A stretch of DNA of 64,000 nucleotides, taken from NCBI GenBank assembly GCA_041664265.1, contig JBAYLD010000004.1, positions 33,470-97,469 of the forward strand. Reading direction: 5' to 3'. This document shows positions 16,516-24,271 of the stretch, piece after piece. Numbering within the stretch: the stretch's first letter is position 1; the number at the start of each line of letters is the position of its first letter. The notes below the pieces were generated by a model. The model was not told the origin of the DNA and searched no databases. It saw nothing but the letters and a program-made list of their open reading frames with translations. A program made the translations under genes and the position numbers. The DNA comes from Minisyncoccota bacterium. GTDB lineage: Bacteria; Patescibacteriota; Minisyncoccia; Phycocordibacterales; Phycocordibacteraceae.

Positions 16516-19311
16516 ATGCGCGCTCAAAACGCCGCGTTATTTTTTATCATCATCGCGCTCACGGTGAGCGCGCCGCTCGGCGCGTTCGCTACTCCATCGA
16601 TCATCTCTCAATATTCAGGCGTAACCCAGCCATATCTGGAGCGGATGAATATACATGTTGGAGTTGCTGATCATCGCTACTTCGTGGCGACGGGGACGGT
16701 ATCCAGCATCGCACTGACGCTGGCAACTTACAAAACCACGTTCACCGGCACAGAGACATTCCAACTTCGGCTCTATAATCAGTATTATAGCCAATGGATT
16801 GATTGCGAAACGCCCGTTAAGACCATCGACGAGTGGGGAATGACGCACCTGCCGAGAGATCCGTATGCTCCCCTGGTAATGTTTGGCCCTTTTACCGGCA
16901 CACAGTGCGATGTTACCGGCACCTTTACTCCTGGGGGTGGTCCGAATTCAGGAGTCGTCTGGCCGATTCTCGACGGTAAAACCAACTACACTGATTTTCC
17001 CGGGCGCATGGGTAATAATCTCCGTTCGAATTTTACCGTGTACGGAGCTGATATCCCTGAACCCGACCCTTGTGCGACGCCGGGCGTCTGCGCTTCAAAC
17101 GTGTTGTTCTTGCCCGGCATACAGGGCAGCCGGCTGTATGAAGGGACCGGGTGCGGGAAGAGCGCCGAAGAGAAATTGTGGGAGCCGCTTGGGGATTCGC
17201 TCTTGAGCATCTTGCGCGGGGCGGGGGACGCGAAGATGCGCGGATTATTTCTGGATGATGCGGGAGAGAGCGTGTGCAGCGATGTATACACAAAAGAAGG
17301 TGATGTGATCGGCTCGGTGCGCGGTGACCCTATCTACCAATCATTTATTGACGCGATGGACGAGCTCGCCGCCGGCGGCGATATCACCGACTGGGAGCCG
17401 GTCGCCTATGACTGGCGGCTTTCGCTCGATGCCTTGTTAGACAAAGGCGCAGCGCGGGAAGGGAACCTCTATTATGCGGGGGGAGACACCGGCGCGACGA
17501 GCACGCCCTATATCGAGCAGACTCTCCGCGCGCTTGCCGCGAGCTCCAAGACGGGGAAGGTGACCATCGTGGCGCACTCTAACGGCGGCCTCGTCGCCAA
17601 GGCTCTGCTGAAGAGGCTCGGCGATGGCACAGCCTCACTGCTGGTGGACAAGGTGATCATGGTGGGCGCGCCGCAGAGCGGCGCGCCCGAGGCGTTTGGC
17701 GCGGCTCTTGTCGGGCACAACGCGGGCATTTATAAGTTCGGCTTCCCGATCGTCTCCAACGCCGTAGCGCAGGAGTTCGCCAAGAATGCGCCGATGACGT
17801 ACCACCTGCTCCCGTCAGATAGGTATCTGGCGAGCGTCGCGAGCGATGCAGATCACCCCGTCGCCCGCTTTAGGGGCGACGCCTACGCCGGAGAGATCGC
17901 GGCATACGGCGCCACCATAGGCGACACCACCGAGCTTGGCGACTTCATGCGCGCGTCCTCGCTCAACGCGTCGCTCATCGATTATGCCAACACGGCGCAC
18001 GCCGCGCTCGACGCTTGGGCGGCACCCGAGGGTATCGAGGTGAGCCAGATAGCGGGGTGGGGAGCCGACACGATCGCGGGGATAGACTTCTATACGCCGC
18101 CGCCCGTGAACGCGCTCACCGCTCTCGAGCCGATGCGCCGATATCGGCCGATCTTCACCGAGGACGGTGACGGCACGGTCCCTGTCCCGAGTGCGCTCAT
18201 GATGTCGGAGGGCGAAAATGTGAAGAGGTATTGGGTGGATCTTCATGCTTACAATCTCGAAACGAACTCTGGTCGAGAGCACAAAGATTTATTCGAAATC
18301 CCTTCATTGCAAGATTTTATTAAAAACATCATCACCAACAGCACCAGCACACTCCCGGCTTATGTCTCTACCAACCAGCCATCGTCAACAACCGAAGATA
18401 AGAAGCTCACCTTCTTCCTCCATTCGCCGCTCACGCTCCAGCTCACCGATGCATCGGGTAGGGTGACCGGCCTCGCCGAGGATGGCTCGATGACCCAAGA
18501 TATCCCCGATTCGACCTATGGCGAGTTTGGCGAGGTGAAGTATGTCACCGTCCCTCAGGGCAGCGACTACGAGCTCATCCTCCATGGCCAAGCGAGCGGC
18601 ACCTTCGCGCTTGAGATGCAGGAGAGCTCGGGCAGCGTCGTCACCGCCTCGAGCGCCATCGAGAACGTCCCGACGACCGCGAGCACGCTCGCCTCGCTCA
18701 CCATCTCGGGCGGGCTCGACACAGTCTCACCACTTACGGTTGATGCAGACGGCGATGGTGCGAGCGTCATCACTCTCACGCCGAGAGTGGGCGAGACGAT
18801 AATCTATGCTCCACTCGAAGATCCCGAGCCTGTCGAAGAGTCGGTGTCAGAATCCGAGCCAGAATTGCCACCTACGCCAGAGCCAGAACCCGCTCCTTCG
18901 ATAGATCCAGAACCTGTGGCTGCGCCCGTCGAGCCAAGGAGTTCGTCAGGGGGCGGGGGAGGCGGGAGGAGGAGGGTCTCGATCCCCGATGTTGTTGCGG
19001 CACCGGTGGTGGTCACTGAAGAAGCAGTCGCGACGACCACCACACAATCAGCCGCTATCGCTACCAGCACCCCCGAGATTGCAGCCGCTCCGCGCGTCGC
19101 CCAAAGAAGAGAGAAGTCGCCAAGGCCTGTCGCGATAAACACGCAGAAGTCGAGGGAGGAGGAGCCTGCAGTACAAAAAGCGGATACAGATATCCCACAG
19201 ACCGCGGCGGCATATGATGCCGCTTCTCAACAACCGATGGTTAAGAGGTGGGGCGCGGCAGTTTATAATGGTTTCTACGGATTCTGGGTCGCGCTCAAAA
19301 AATTCTTTTAA
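16516..19311 (+). CDS. Secreted alpha/beta-hydrolase of the LCAT/PGAP1-like lipase family, with a Pro-rich linker and a C-terminal GGGGGGRRR module
   Basis: Signal peptide MRAQNAALFFIIIALTVSAPLGAFA. Nucleophile elbow VAHSNGG (GxSxG). The tail reads PEPEPAPS...SSSGGGGGGRRR. Confidence 0.6.
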   Translation: MRAQNAALFFIIIALTVSAPLGAFATPSIISQYSGVTQPYLERMNIHVGVADHRYFVATGTVSSIALTLATYKTTFTGTETFQLRLYNQYYSQWIDCETPVKTIDEWGMTHLPRDPYAPLVMFGPFTGTQCDVTGTFTPGGGPNSGVVWPILDGKTNYTDFPGRMGNNLRSNFTVYGADIPEPDPCATPGVCASNVLFLPGIQGSRLYEGTGCGKSAEEKLWEPLGDSLLSILRGAGDAKMRGLFLDDAGESVCSDVYTKEGDVIGSVRGDPIYQSFIDAMDELAAGGDITDWEPVAYDWRLSLDALLDKGAAREGNLYYAGGDTGATSTPYIEQTLRALAASSKTGKVTIVAHSNGGLVAKALLKRLGDGTASLLVDKVIMVGAPQSGAPEAFGAALVGHNAGIYKFGFPIVSNAVAQEFAKNAPMTYHLLPSDRYLASVASDADHPVARFRGDAYAGEIAAYGATIGDTTELGDFMRASSLNASLIDYANTAHAALDAWAAPEGIEVSQIAGWGADTIAGIDFYTPPPVNALTALEPMRRYRPIFTEDGDGTVPVPSALMMSEGENVKRYWVDLHAYNLETNSGREHKDLFEIPSLQDFIKNIITNSTSTLPAYVSTNQPSSTTEDKKLTFFLHSPLTLQLTDASGRVTGLAEDGSMTQDIPDSTYGEFGEVKYVTVPQGSDYELILHGQASGTFALEMQESSGSVVTASSAIENVPTTASTLASLTISGGLDTVSPLTVDADGDGASVITLTPRVGETIIYAPLEDPEPVEESVSESEPELPPTPEPEPAPSIDPEPVAAPVEPRSSSGGGGGGRRRVSIPDVVAAPVVVTEEAVATTTTQSAAIATSTPEIAAAPRVAQRREKSPRPVAINTQKSREEEPAVQKADTDIPQTAAAYDAASQQPMVKRWGAAVYNGFYGFWVALKKFF

Positions 19312-19317
19312 TCCACT

Positions 19318-19737
19318 ATGAAAAATAAAATCACCCAACTCATTCCGGCGATTCTCGCTTTGGTTGTTATCGGTTTCCGATATTTTAGTCTCTGGTGCAT
19401 TTTTACCACTCGTGTTTGTTACAGTACTGTAATAGATCATGTAGCTCTCTCGGTAACGCAACCACTCTATAATTTCTCTCTCTTTTTCCTCCCAATCGCC
19501 CTCATCCTCATATTCATCCCGCGACACCTGTTCAACTCCTGGCTCAAGTTCGCCGCGTGGACTCTACCTATCTTACTCATACTTGTCGCGACACAGCCGG
19601 TCGTTAGTTCTTTTCTCTCAACAAATCGCGATGACGCCGCCCGCCTCGCGGGCCAAGTCTTCGCTGGCGCGAGCCTCCTCCTCATCATCTACAAATGGAT
19701 TACCTCGGCTAACCCTTCGAAGCCTCGTGCGAAGTGA
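19318..19737 (+). CDS. Hypothetical multi-pass membrane protein
   Basis: Three to four hydrophobic helices and intact ORF context. No family assigned. Confidence 0.4.
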   Translation: MKNKITQLIPAILALVVIGFRYFSLWCIFTTRVCYSTVIDHVALSVTQPLYNFSLFFLPIALILIFIPRHLFNSWLKFAAWTLPILLILVATQPVVSSFLSTNRDDAARLAGQVFAGASLLLIIYKWITSANPSKPRAK

Positions 19738-19830
19738 ACGGGGCAGTCAGACTTCCCCAAACGAGGTACACTATAGCAGTATGCGGTCTTCATTATGTCT
19801 TCATGATAGGCACGATAGACTTGTGATCAC

Positions 19831-20283
19831 ATGATAAAGATACTCATCGTGCTTCTGGCGATATTCTCTCTGACCTTGGTCGACACAGCTGTCGCGAAGG
19901 ATACGCACGGCGCGAACGGTCAGCCTATACGAGAATATGAGACGGAATTTGTGAACGGGCAGAAGGTCATAAAGGAGAGGATCTCTGGCGGAGAATGGCG
20001 AGTTATCTCGAGTACGCCAACCGGAGGAGGTGCGGTAGCGCCGGCGGCGGCCGGGGGCGCTGTCGCGCCCTCTGTCGCGCCGCCGAGAGAATCGCCGGAT
20101 GCTTCGCAGCCGACAGCCCAATCAACGAGCAACGAGAATGAGACCGGGCAGGGGAGCGGTCCGTCTCTCGCTGCTCTCGATGGGAGAGCTCTGAACAAAA
20201 ATATAGGGTTTGGCATCATGGGCGCGTTGGCACTCGTCGTCGTTATTGTAATAGGGACTTTTAAAAAATACGTTCTTAGGTAG
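19831..20283 (+). CDS. Hypothetical exported protein with a signal peptide and a C-terminal TM anchor
   Basis: Signal MIKILIVLLAIFSLTLVDTAVA, a low-complexity linker and a C-terminal helix. Confidence 0.4.
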   Translation: MIKILIVLLAIFSLTLVDTAVAKDTHGANGQPIREYETEFVNGQKVIKERISGGEWRVISSTPTGGGAVAPAAAGGAVAPSVAPPRESPDASQPTAQSTSNENETGQGSGPSLAALDGRALNKNIGFGIMGALALVVVIVIGTFKKYVLR

Positions 20284-20328
20284 TCGAACTCTTGGGCGAG
20301 AGCGCAGGGCAGGGTACACTATATAGGT

Positions 20329-21105
20329 ATGAGCATCATCTTCTTCGACACCGAGACCACCGGCAACGGCGACAAAGATCGCCTCTGCCAGCTCGCTATC
20401 AAAGAGCGATATGTTGACGAGCCGCTGGTCAATGCGACCTATAAGCCGCCGGTGCCGATCTCGATCGAGTCGATGGCGATCCACCATATCACCGAGCGGA
20501 TGGTGGCGGGGCGGTCGGCGTTTAAGGACGCGCCAGAATACGAGAGCGTGAAGGATCTTTTTGAGAACAGCGAGACGATTGCGGTCGCGCACAACGCGAC
20601 CTTCGACATCGCGATGCTCGCGCGCGAGGGCATCACGCCCAAGCAGACCATCTGCACCTACAAGGTCGCCTACGCGCTCGACCCGAGCGACACCCTGCCC
20701 AATTATCGGCTCCAATATTTGCGCTACCTGCTTGATCTCGACGTCGAGGCCGAGGCGCACGACGCTTGGGGTGACGTGCTGGTGCTCGAAGCGCTCTTTG
20801 AGCGGCTTGTGGCGAAGATGAAGGAGCGCCACGGGACCGAAGAAGCCGCGCTCGCCGCTATGCTCGCGATCTCGGCGCAGCCCTTGCTCTTTACCACGCT
20901 GCGTTTCGGCAAATATAGCGGGAAGCGCCTGGAGGACATCGCGAAGACCGATCGGAGCTACCTCGAATGGCTCCTAGCCGAGAAGAAAAAATCTCCGGCA
21001 GGAGAGGAGGATTGGATCTATACGCTGGAGTATTACTTAAAGCCGCAGTCGTCAGACGCCCCGCCGATTACCGCATCGGAGCATGAATCCCGTAGTAGAA
21101 TTTAG
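20329..21105 (+). CDS. DnaQ-like DEDDh 3'-5' exonuclease fused to an ExoX-C-like domain
   Basis: Exo I FFDTETTG, Exo II AHNATFD, Exo III HDAWGD. The C-terminal domain carries FGKYSGKRLEDIAKTDRSYLEWL (DUF3820-like). Confidence 0.75.
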   Translation: MSIIFFDTETTGNGDKDRLCQLAIKERYVDEPLVNATYKPPVPISIESMAIHHITERMVAGRSAFKDAPEYESVKDLFENSETIAVAHNATFDIAMLAREGITPKQTICTYKVAYALDPSDTLPNYRLQYLRYLLDLDVEAEAHDAWGDVLVLEALFERLVAKMKERHGTEEAALAAMLAISAQPLLFTTLRFGKYSGKRLEDIAKTDRSYLEWLLAEKKKSPAGEEDWIYTLEYYLKPQSSDAPPITASEHESRSRI

Positions 21106-21113
21106 GTTTGGTT

Positions 21114-21410
21114 ATGTTCTACAACTACGTACTACAGAGTAAGAAAAATAATGAATTCTATATTGGGTATACTACCGACCTAAAAAGGAGGTTAGCAGAA
21201 CATAACCGAGGGTTAAATCCTTCGACCAAGCGATATATGCCGTGGCAAATCATCTACTACGAGGCTTGTCTAAACGATGCAGATGCTAAAAGGCGAGAAG
21301 GGTATATGAAAACGACCCAAGGTGGTAGATTATTGAAGAGAAGATTGAAAGAGTTCTTATATGAATCGAGGTCGAAGGATTTAACAAACCTAAATTTCAC
21401 TACAGGATGA
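21114..21410 (+). CDS. GIY-YIG nuclease family protein (UPF0213-like). AT-rich.
   Basis: YVLQSKKNNEFYIGYTTDLKRRLAEHN matches the GIY-YIG core. A local GC drop is visible. Confidence 0.7.
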   Translation: MFYNYVLQSKKNNEFYIGYTTDLKRRLAEHNRGLNPSTKRYMPWQIIYYEACLNDADAKRREGYMKTTQGGRLLKRRLKEFLYESRSKDLTNLNFTTG

Positions 21411-21805
21411 ACACCTACGACACCTATCAAACATTGATCAAACCCTCGTGGGCGCCGCCCGCATGGATCTTCGGCCCGGTGTGGACTCTGCTCTATGTGA
21501 TCATCGCGATCACTTTCGGCATGATCTTTTATCGGGCGTTCATCAAGAAGGATTTGCCCAAGCTGGTCGCCCTGCCGTTCATCCTCAACCTCGTCTTCAA
21601 CTTCTCCTTTACCTACTTCCAATTTACCCTCCAGAACTACGCCCTCGCGTCGCTCGATATCCTGCTCGTCCTCGGCACTCTCATCTGGGGGATGTCTAGC
21701 GTCTGGCGCCGCGCCCGCTGGATCGCACTCGCCAACATCCCGTATCTGGTGTGGGTAAGTTTTGCAACAGTTTTGCAACTGACGGTGACGTATCTGAATT
21801 GGTAG
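21407..21805 (+). CDS. tspO: TspO/MBR family membrane protein, shorter than usual
   Basis: KPSWAPPAWIFGPVWTLLY signature. Confidence 0.7.
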   Translation: MNTYDTYQTLIKPSWAPPAWIFGPVWTLLYVIIAITFGMIFYRAFIKKDLPKLVALPFILNLVFNFSFTYFQFTLQNYALASLDILLVLGTLIWGMSSVWRRARWIALANIPYLVWVSFATVLQLTVTYLNW

Positions 21806-21833
21806 CTTAATTATCTTGCTATAGTATTTCGTA

Positions 21834-22493
21834 ATGGGACTGGCTATAAAGAATCTCCCCACGCACGAGCGTCCGCGCGAGAAGCTTATCGCGAAGGGTG
21901 TGGGGAACCTTACTGATAAAGAGCTGCTCGCCATCCTTTTGCGCACTGGTAGAACAGGGAGGAGTGCGATCGATATCGCCGAGAGCATTCTCGCGAAATA
22001 TCCAAAGAAGGAGATTCTGAACATTTCGTTTGCCGATTTAAAAAAGATGAATGGCATCGGCGCAGACAAAGCATGCACACTTCTCGCAGCGTTTGAGTTC
22101 ACAAAGCGTGTACTCGATGTGCAGAAAGGCGGTCGGCCAATCATTGAGAACACCGAACAGGCACTCGCACAGCTTCACGACATCCGCAATCATAAAAAAG
22201 AACACTTCGTCGCGCTTTACCTCAACGCGCGTAACGAGCTCATTCATCGAGAAGATATTTCTGTCGGCACGGTAAACGCAAGTATCGTGCATCCACGGGA
22301 AGTGTTTGCCCCTGCGCTCGAACACAACGCCACTGCGGTGATCGTCGCCCACAACCATCCCTCCGGCTCGGCCGAACCTTCTCCAGAAGATCATGAAGTT
22401 ACTACGCGTCTCAGGGAAGCAGGGAAGCTACTCGGTATTTCGTTCGTTAATCATCTGATTGTCACAAAAGATAGCAATTCAGCCGTATTTTAG
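21834..22493 (+). CDS. radC: RadC-like JAB/MPN domain protein
   Basis: HHH-like N-terminus and JAMM motif HNHPSG..P.S..D. Confidence 0.85.
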   Translation: MGLAIKNLPTHERPREKLIAKGVGNLTDKELLAILLRTGRTGRSAIDIAESILAKYPKKEILNISFADLKKMNGIGADKACTLLAAFEFTKRVLDVQKGGRPIIENTEQALAQLHDIRNHKKEHFVALYLNARNELIHREDISVGTVNASIVHPREVFAPALEHNATAVIVAHNHPSGSAEPSPEDHEVTTRLREAGKLLGISFVNHLIVTKDSNSAVF

Positions 22494-22556
22494 GTCATAA
22501 AAGTTATACACCTATTGGGTTAACAAATATTGCGTTCTGTGCTAGGATAGGATACC

Positions 22557-22877
22557 ATGGAAGTGGACTGGAGAAACGAGAGTGACCGCACGCGAGTTGA
22601 AAAACTTGCGCGCAAGAATCGGGTCACGGAGCGACGAATGCAACGTCTCGTGGCCGCGAAGAACTTCCTCGATCTCCAGCTTCCAGCCAATGGTCGCGCC
22701 CATTTTTTAAAAAGAGAGTACGAAGGGTACTTTGCTCTCGATCTGGAAAGTAAGACTCGGGCACATCGTCTCATCTGCAAACCGGCGGGCGATTTTGAAA
22801 AGAAGGGAGGACAATACGTCAAAGAGAGTATTACCAAGATAGAGATTATAAAAATAGAAGAGGATTACCACGACTAA
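22557..22877 (+). CDS. higB: HigB-like toxin of the RelE/ParE superfamily
   Basis: C-terminal ...IEEDYHD and LKREYEGYFAL resemble HigB. It lies immediately upstream of a HigA-like HTH gene, in the usual toxin-first order. Confidence 0.6.
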   Translation: MEVDWRNESDRTRVEKLARKNRVTERRMQRLVAAKNFLDLQLPANGRAHFLKREYEGYFALDLESKTRAHRLICKPAGDFEKKGGQYVKESITKIEIIKIEEDYHD

Positions 22878-22878
22878 C

Positions 22879-24024
22879 ATGATTCACCGTAGCACCAAAA
22901 GTACCGGCTGGCAGCCCACTGCACTCGTTCACCCCGGCGAGCACCTTCTCGATTTCCTAGAGGAGAGTGGTATTTCGCAGGCTGAGCTTGCGGCACGAAC
23001 GGGTATTTCAAAAAAAGCCATCAATGAGATCGTAAACGGTAAGAGTCCCATTACGCAAAACACCGCCTTTAAACTGAGCAAGATTCTCTCGGTGTCTCCA
23101 GAATTCTGGATAAACCTACAGAGTAATTATGATCTGGCGCTTGCACAGAACGCAGAGTGTCAAAGGCTCGAGGGCGAGGCGGTCGCACATGCGCAAGATT
23201 TTAAGGAAACATATCAGGAACTTGAGAGGCGCGGCTTTGTGCCGGCATGCAGATGGGCAAAGAAAAACATTCTTGAGATTACGCGGAATCTCCAGCACTT
23301 TTTCGCCGTTGATTCTCTAGCGTATATTGCCGAAGACACTATGGAGTTTGCCTTTCGCAAATACAACCGAAAGAACGTAAATCAGTACACGCTCGCCGCC
23401 TGGGTACAACTCGGGAAGATCCAGGCCAAGCTCGTCGAGGCGAAGTCTTTTGATAGGGAGAAATTGAAATCGGAGTTACCGAAAATTAAGTCTTTGTCTC
23501 GCAAGGACTGGAAGGAATACGCGCCTGAGCTGGAGAAATTACTCGCGGACTGTGGCGTAGTGCTTGTTCTCGCACCTCGATTTACGCATGTGCCGGTACA
23601 GGGCGCGACGCACTGGATAGAGAGCGAGAGAGTTCTCGTGATGCTTAACACAGAGCATCAGTATGAAGACCGTTTCTGGTTCAGCTTATTTCACGAACTT
23701 GGGCATGTGCTTCTGCACGGTAAGAAAGATGTGTATGTCGACTTCGATAAAGACGGCGAAAAGACGGAAGAAGAAAAAGAGGCAGACGCATTCGCACAAA
23801 AGTGGCTTATTCAGGATCTAGACGAATTCTATGCCCTACTTAAGAAAACGGCGGATCTGGAAGGTTCTGTCAAGAAGATCGCAGATATAAATGGTGTTTC
23901 AGAAGCAGTCGTCGCTGGGCGCATTACGCACGATCATGCTACGACGCAGAGAATCTACGCGCTTATGAGCCCTTTCCAAAAAGAGAGAATCGAATACTCA
24001 AATATTACCTTCAATAACGCATAA
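22879..24024 (+). CDS. HigA-like XRE-family HTH fused to an ImmA/IrrE (COG2856) Zn-metallopeptidase domain
   Basis: N-terminal HPGEHLLDFLEESGISQAELAARTGISKKAINEIVNGKSPIT...PEFWINLQ matches the HigA HTH. The C-terminal HEXXH motif reads FHELGHVLLH. Confidence 0.7.
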   Translation: MIHRSTKSTGWQPTALVHPGEHLLDFLEESGISQAELAARTGISKKAINEIVNGKSPITQNTAFKLSKILSVSPEFWINLQSNYDLALAQNAECQRLEGEAVAHAQDFKETYQELERRGFVPACRWAKKNILEITRNLQHFFAVDSLAYIAEDTMEFAFRKYNRKNVNQYTLAAWVQLGKIQAKLVEAKSFDREKLKSELPKIKSLSRKDWKEYAPELEKLLADCGVVLVLAPRFTHVPVQGATHWIESERVLVMLNTEHQYEDRFWFSLFHELGHVLLHGKKDVYVDFDKDGEKTEEEKEADAFAQKWLIQDLDEFYALLKKTADLEGSVKKIADINGVSEAVVAGRITHDHATTQRIYALMSPFQKERIEYSNITFNNA

Positions 24025-24028
24025 ACGT

Positions 24029-24220
24029 ATGGACACCTGCAAAAAGTGCGGAAGTAAGAATGTGATGGGAGTCGAGTACAGTTGGGACAGTCCGGAGCAT
24101 TATGACGGTGTGAGCGAGGTGGAGTGCCGCGACTGTGATGCCCGCTTTGGCCGTTGGAGCGGCAAAGAGCTGACAGAAGGCGAGGCAGAAAAAGCATCTG
24201 CACGCTTTGCGGTACAATAA
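24029..24220 (+). CDS. Small Zn-ribbon protein (CKKC...CRDC)
   Basis: Four Cys in a C-x2-C...C-x2-C arrangement. It is tightly packed between the HTH-ImmA gene and hsdR. Confidence 0.4.
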   Translation: MDTCKKCGSKNVMGVEYSWDSPEHYDGVSEVECRDCDARFGRWSGKELTEGEAEKASARFAVQ

Positions 24221-24271
24221 TCTTCATGAAGCACGAACTTTTTGAGCAGGTGAAGAAGGTGTTGGAGAAGG

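Noticed and set aside
21099-21396. Treating the 12-bp inverted repeats around the GIY-YIG gene as proven transposon ends
   Set aside because: About one perfect 12-bp inverted repeat within 300 bp is expected by chance in 64 kb, so it is reported only as a low-weight hypothesis.
21257-22153. 298-aa minus-strand ORF spanning the GIY-YIG, TspO and RadC region
   Set aside because: It overlaps three plus-strand genes that have clear family signatures and is itself featureless.
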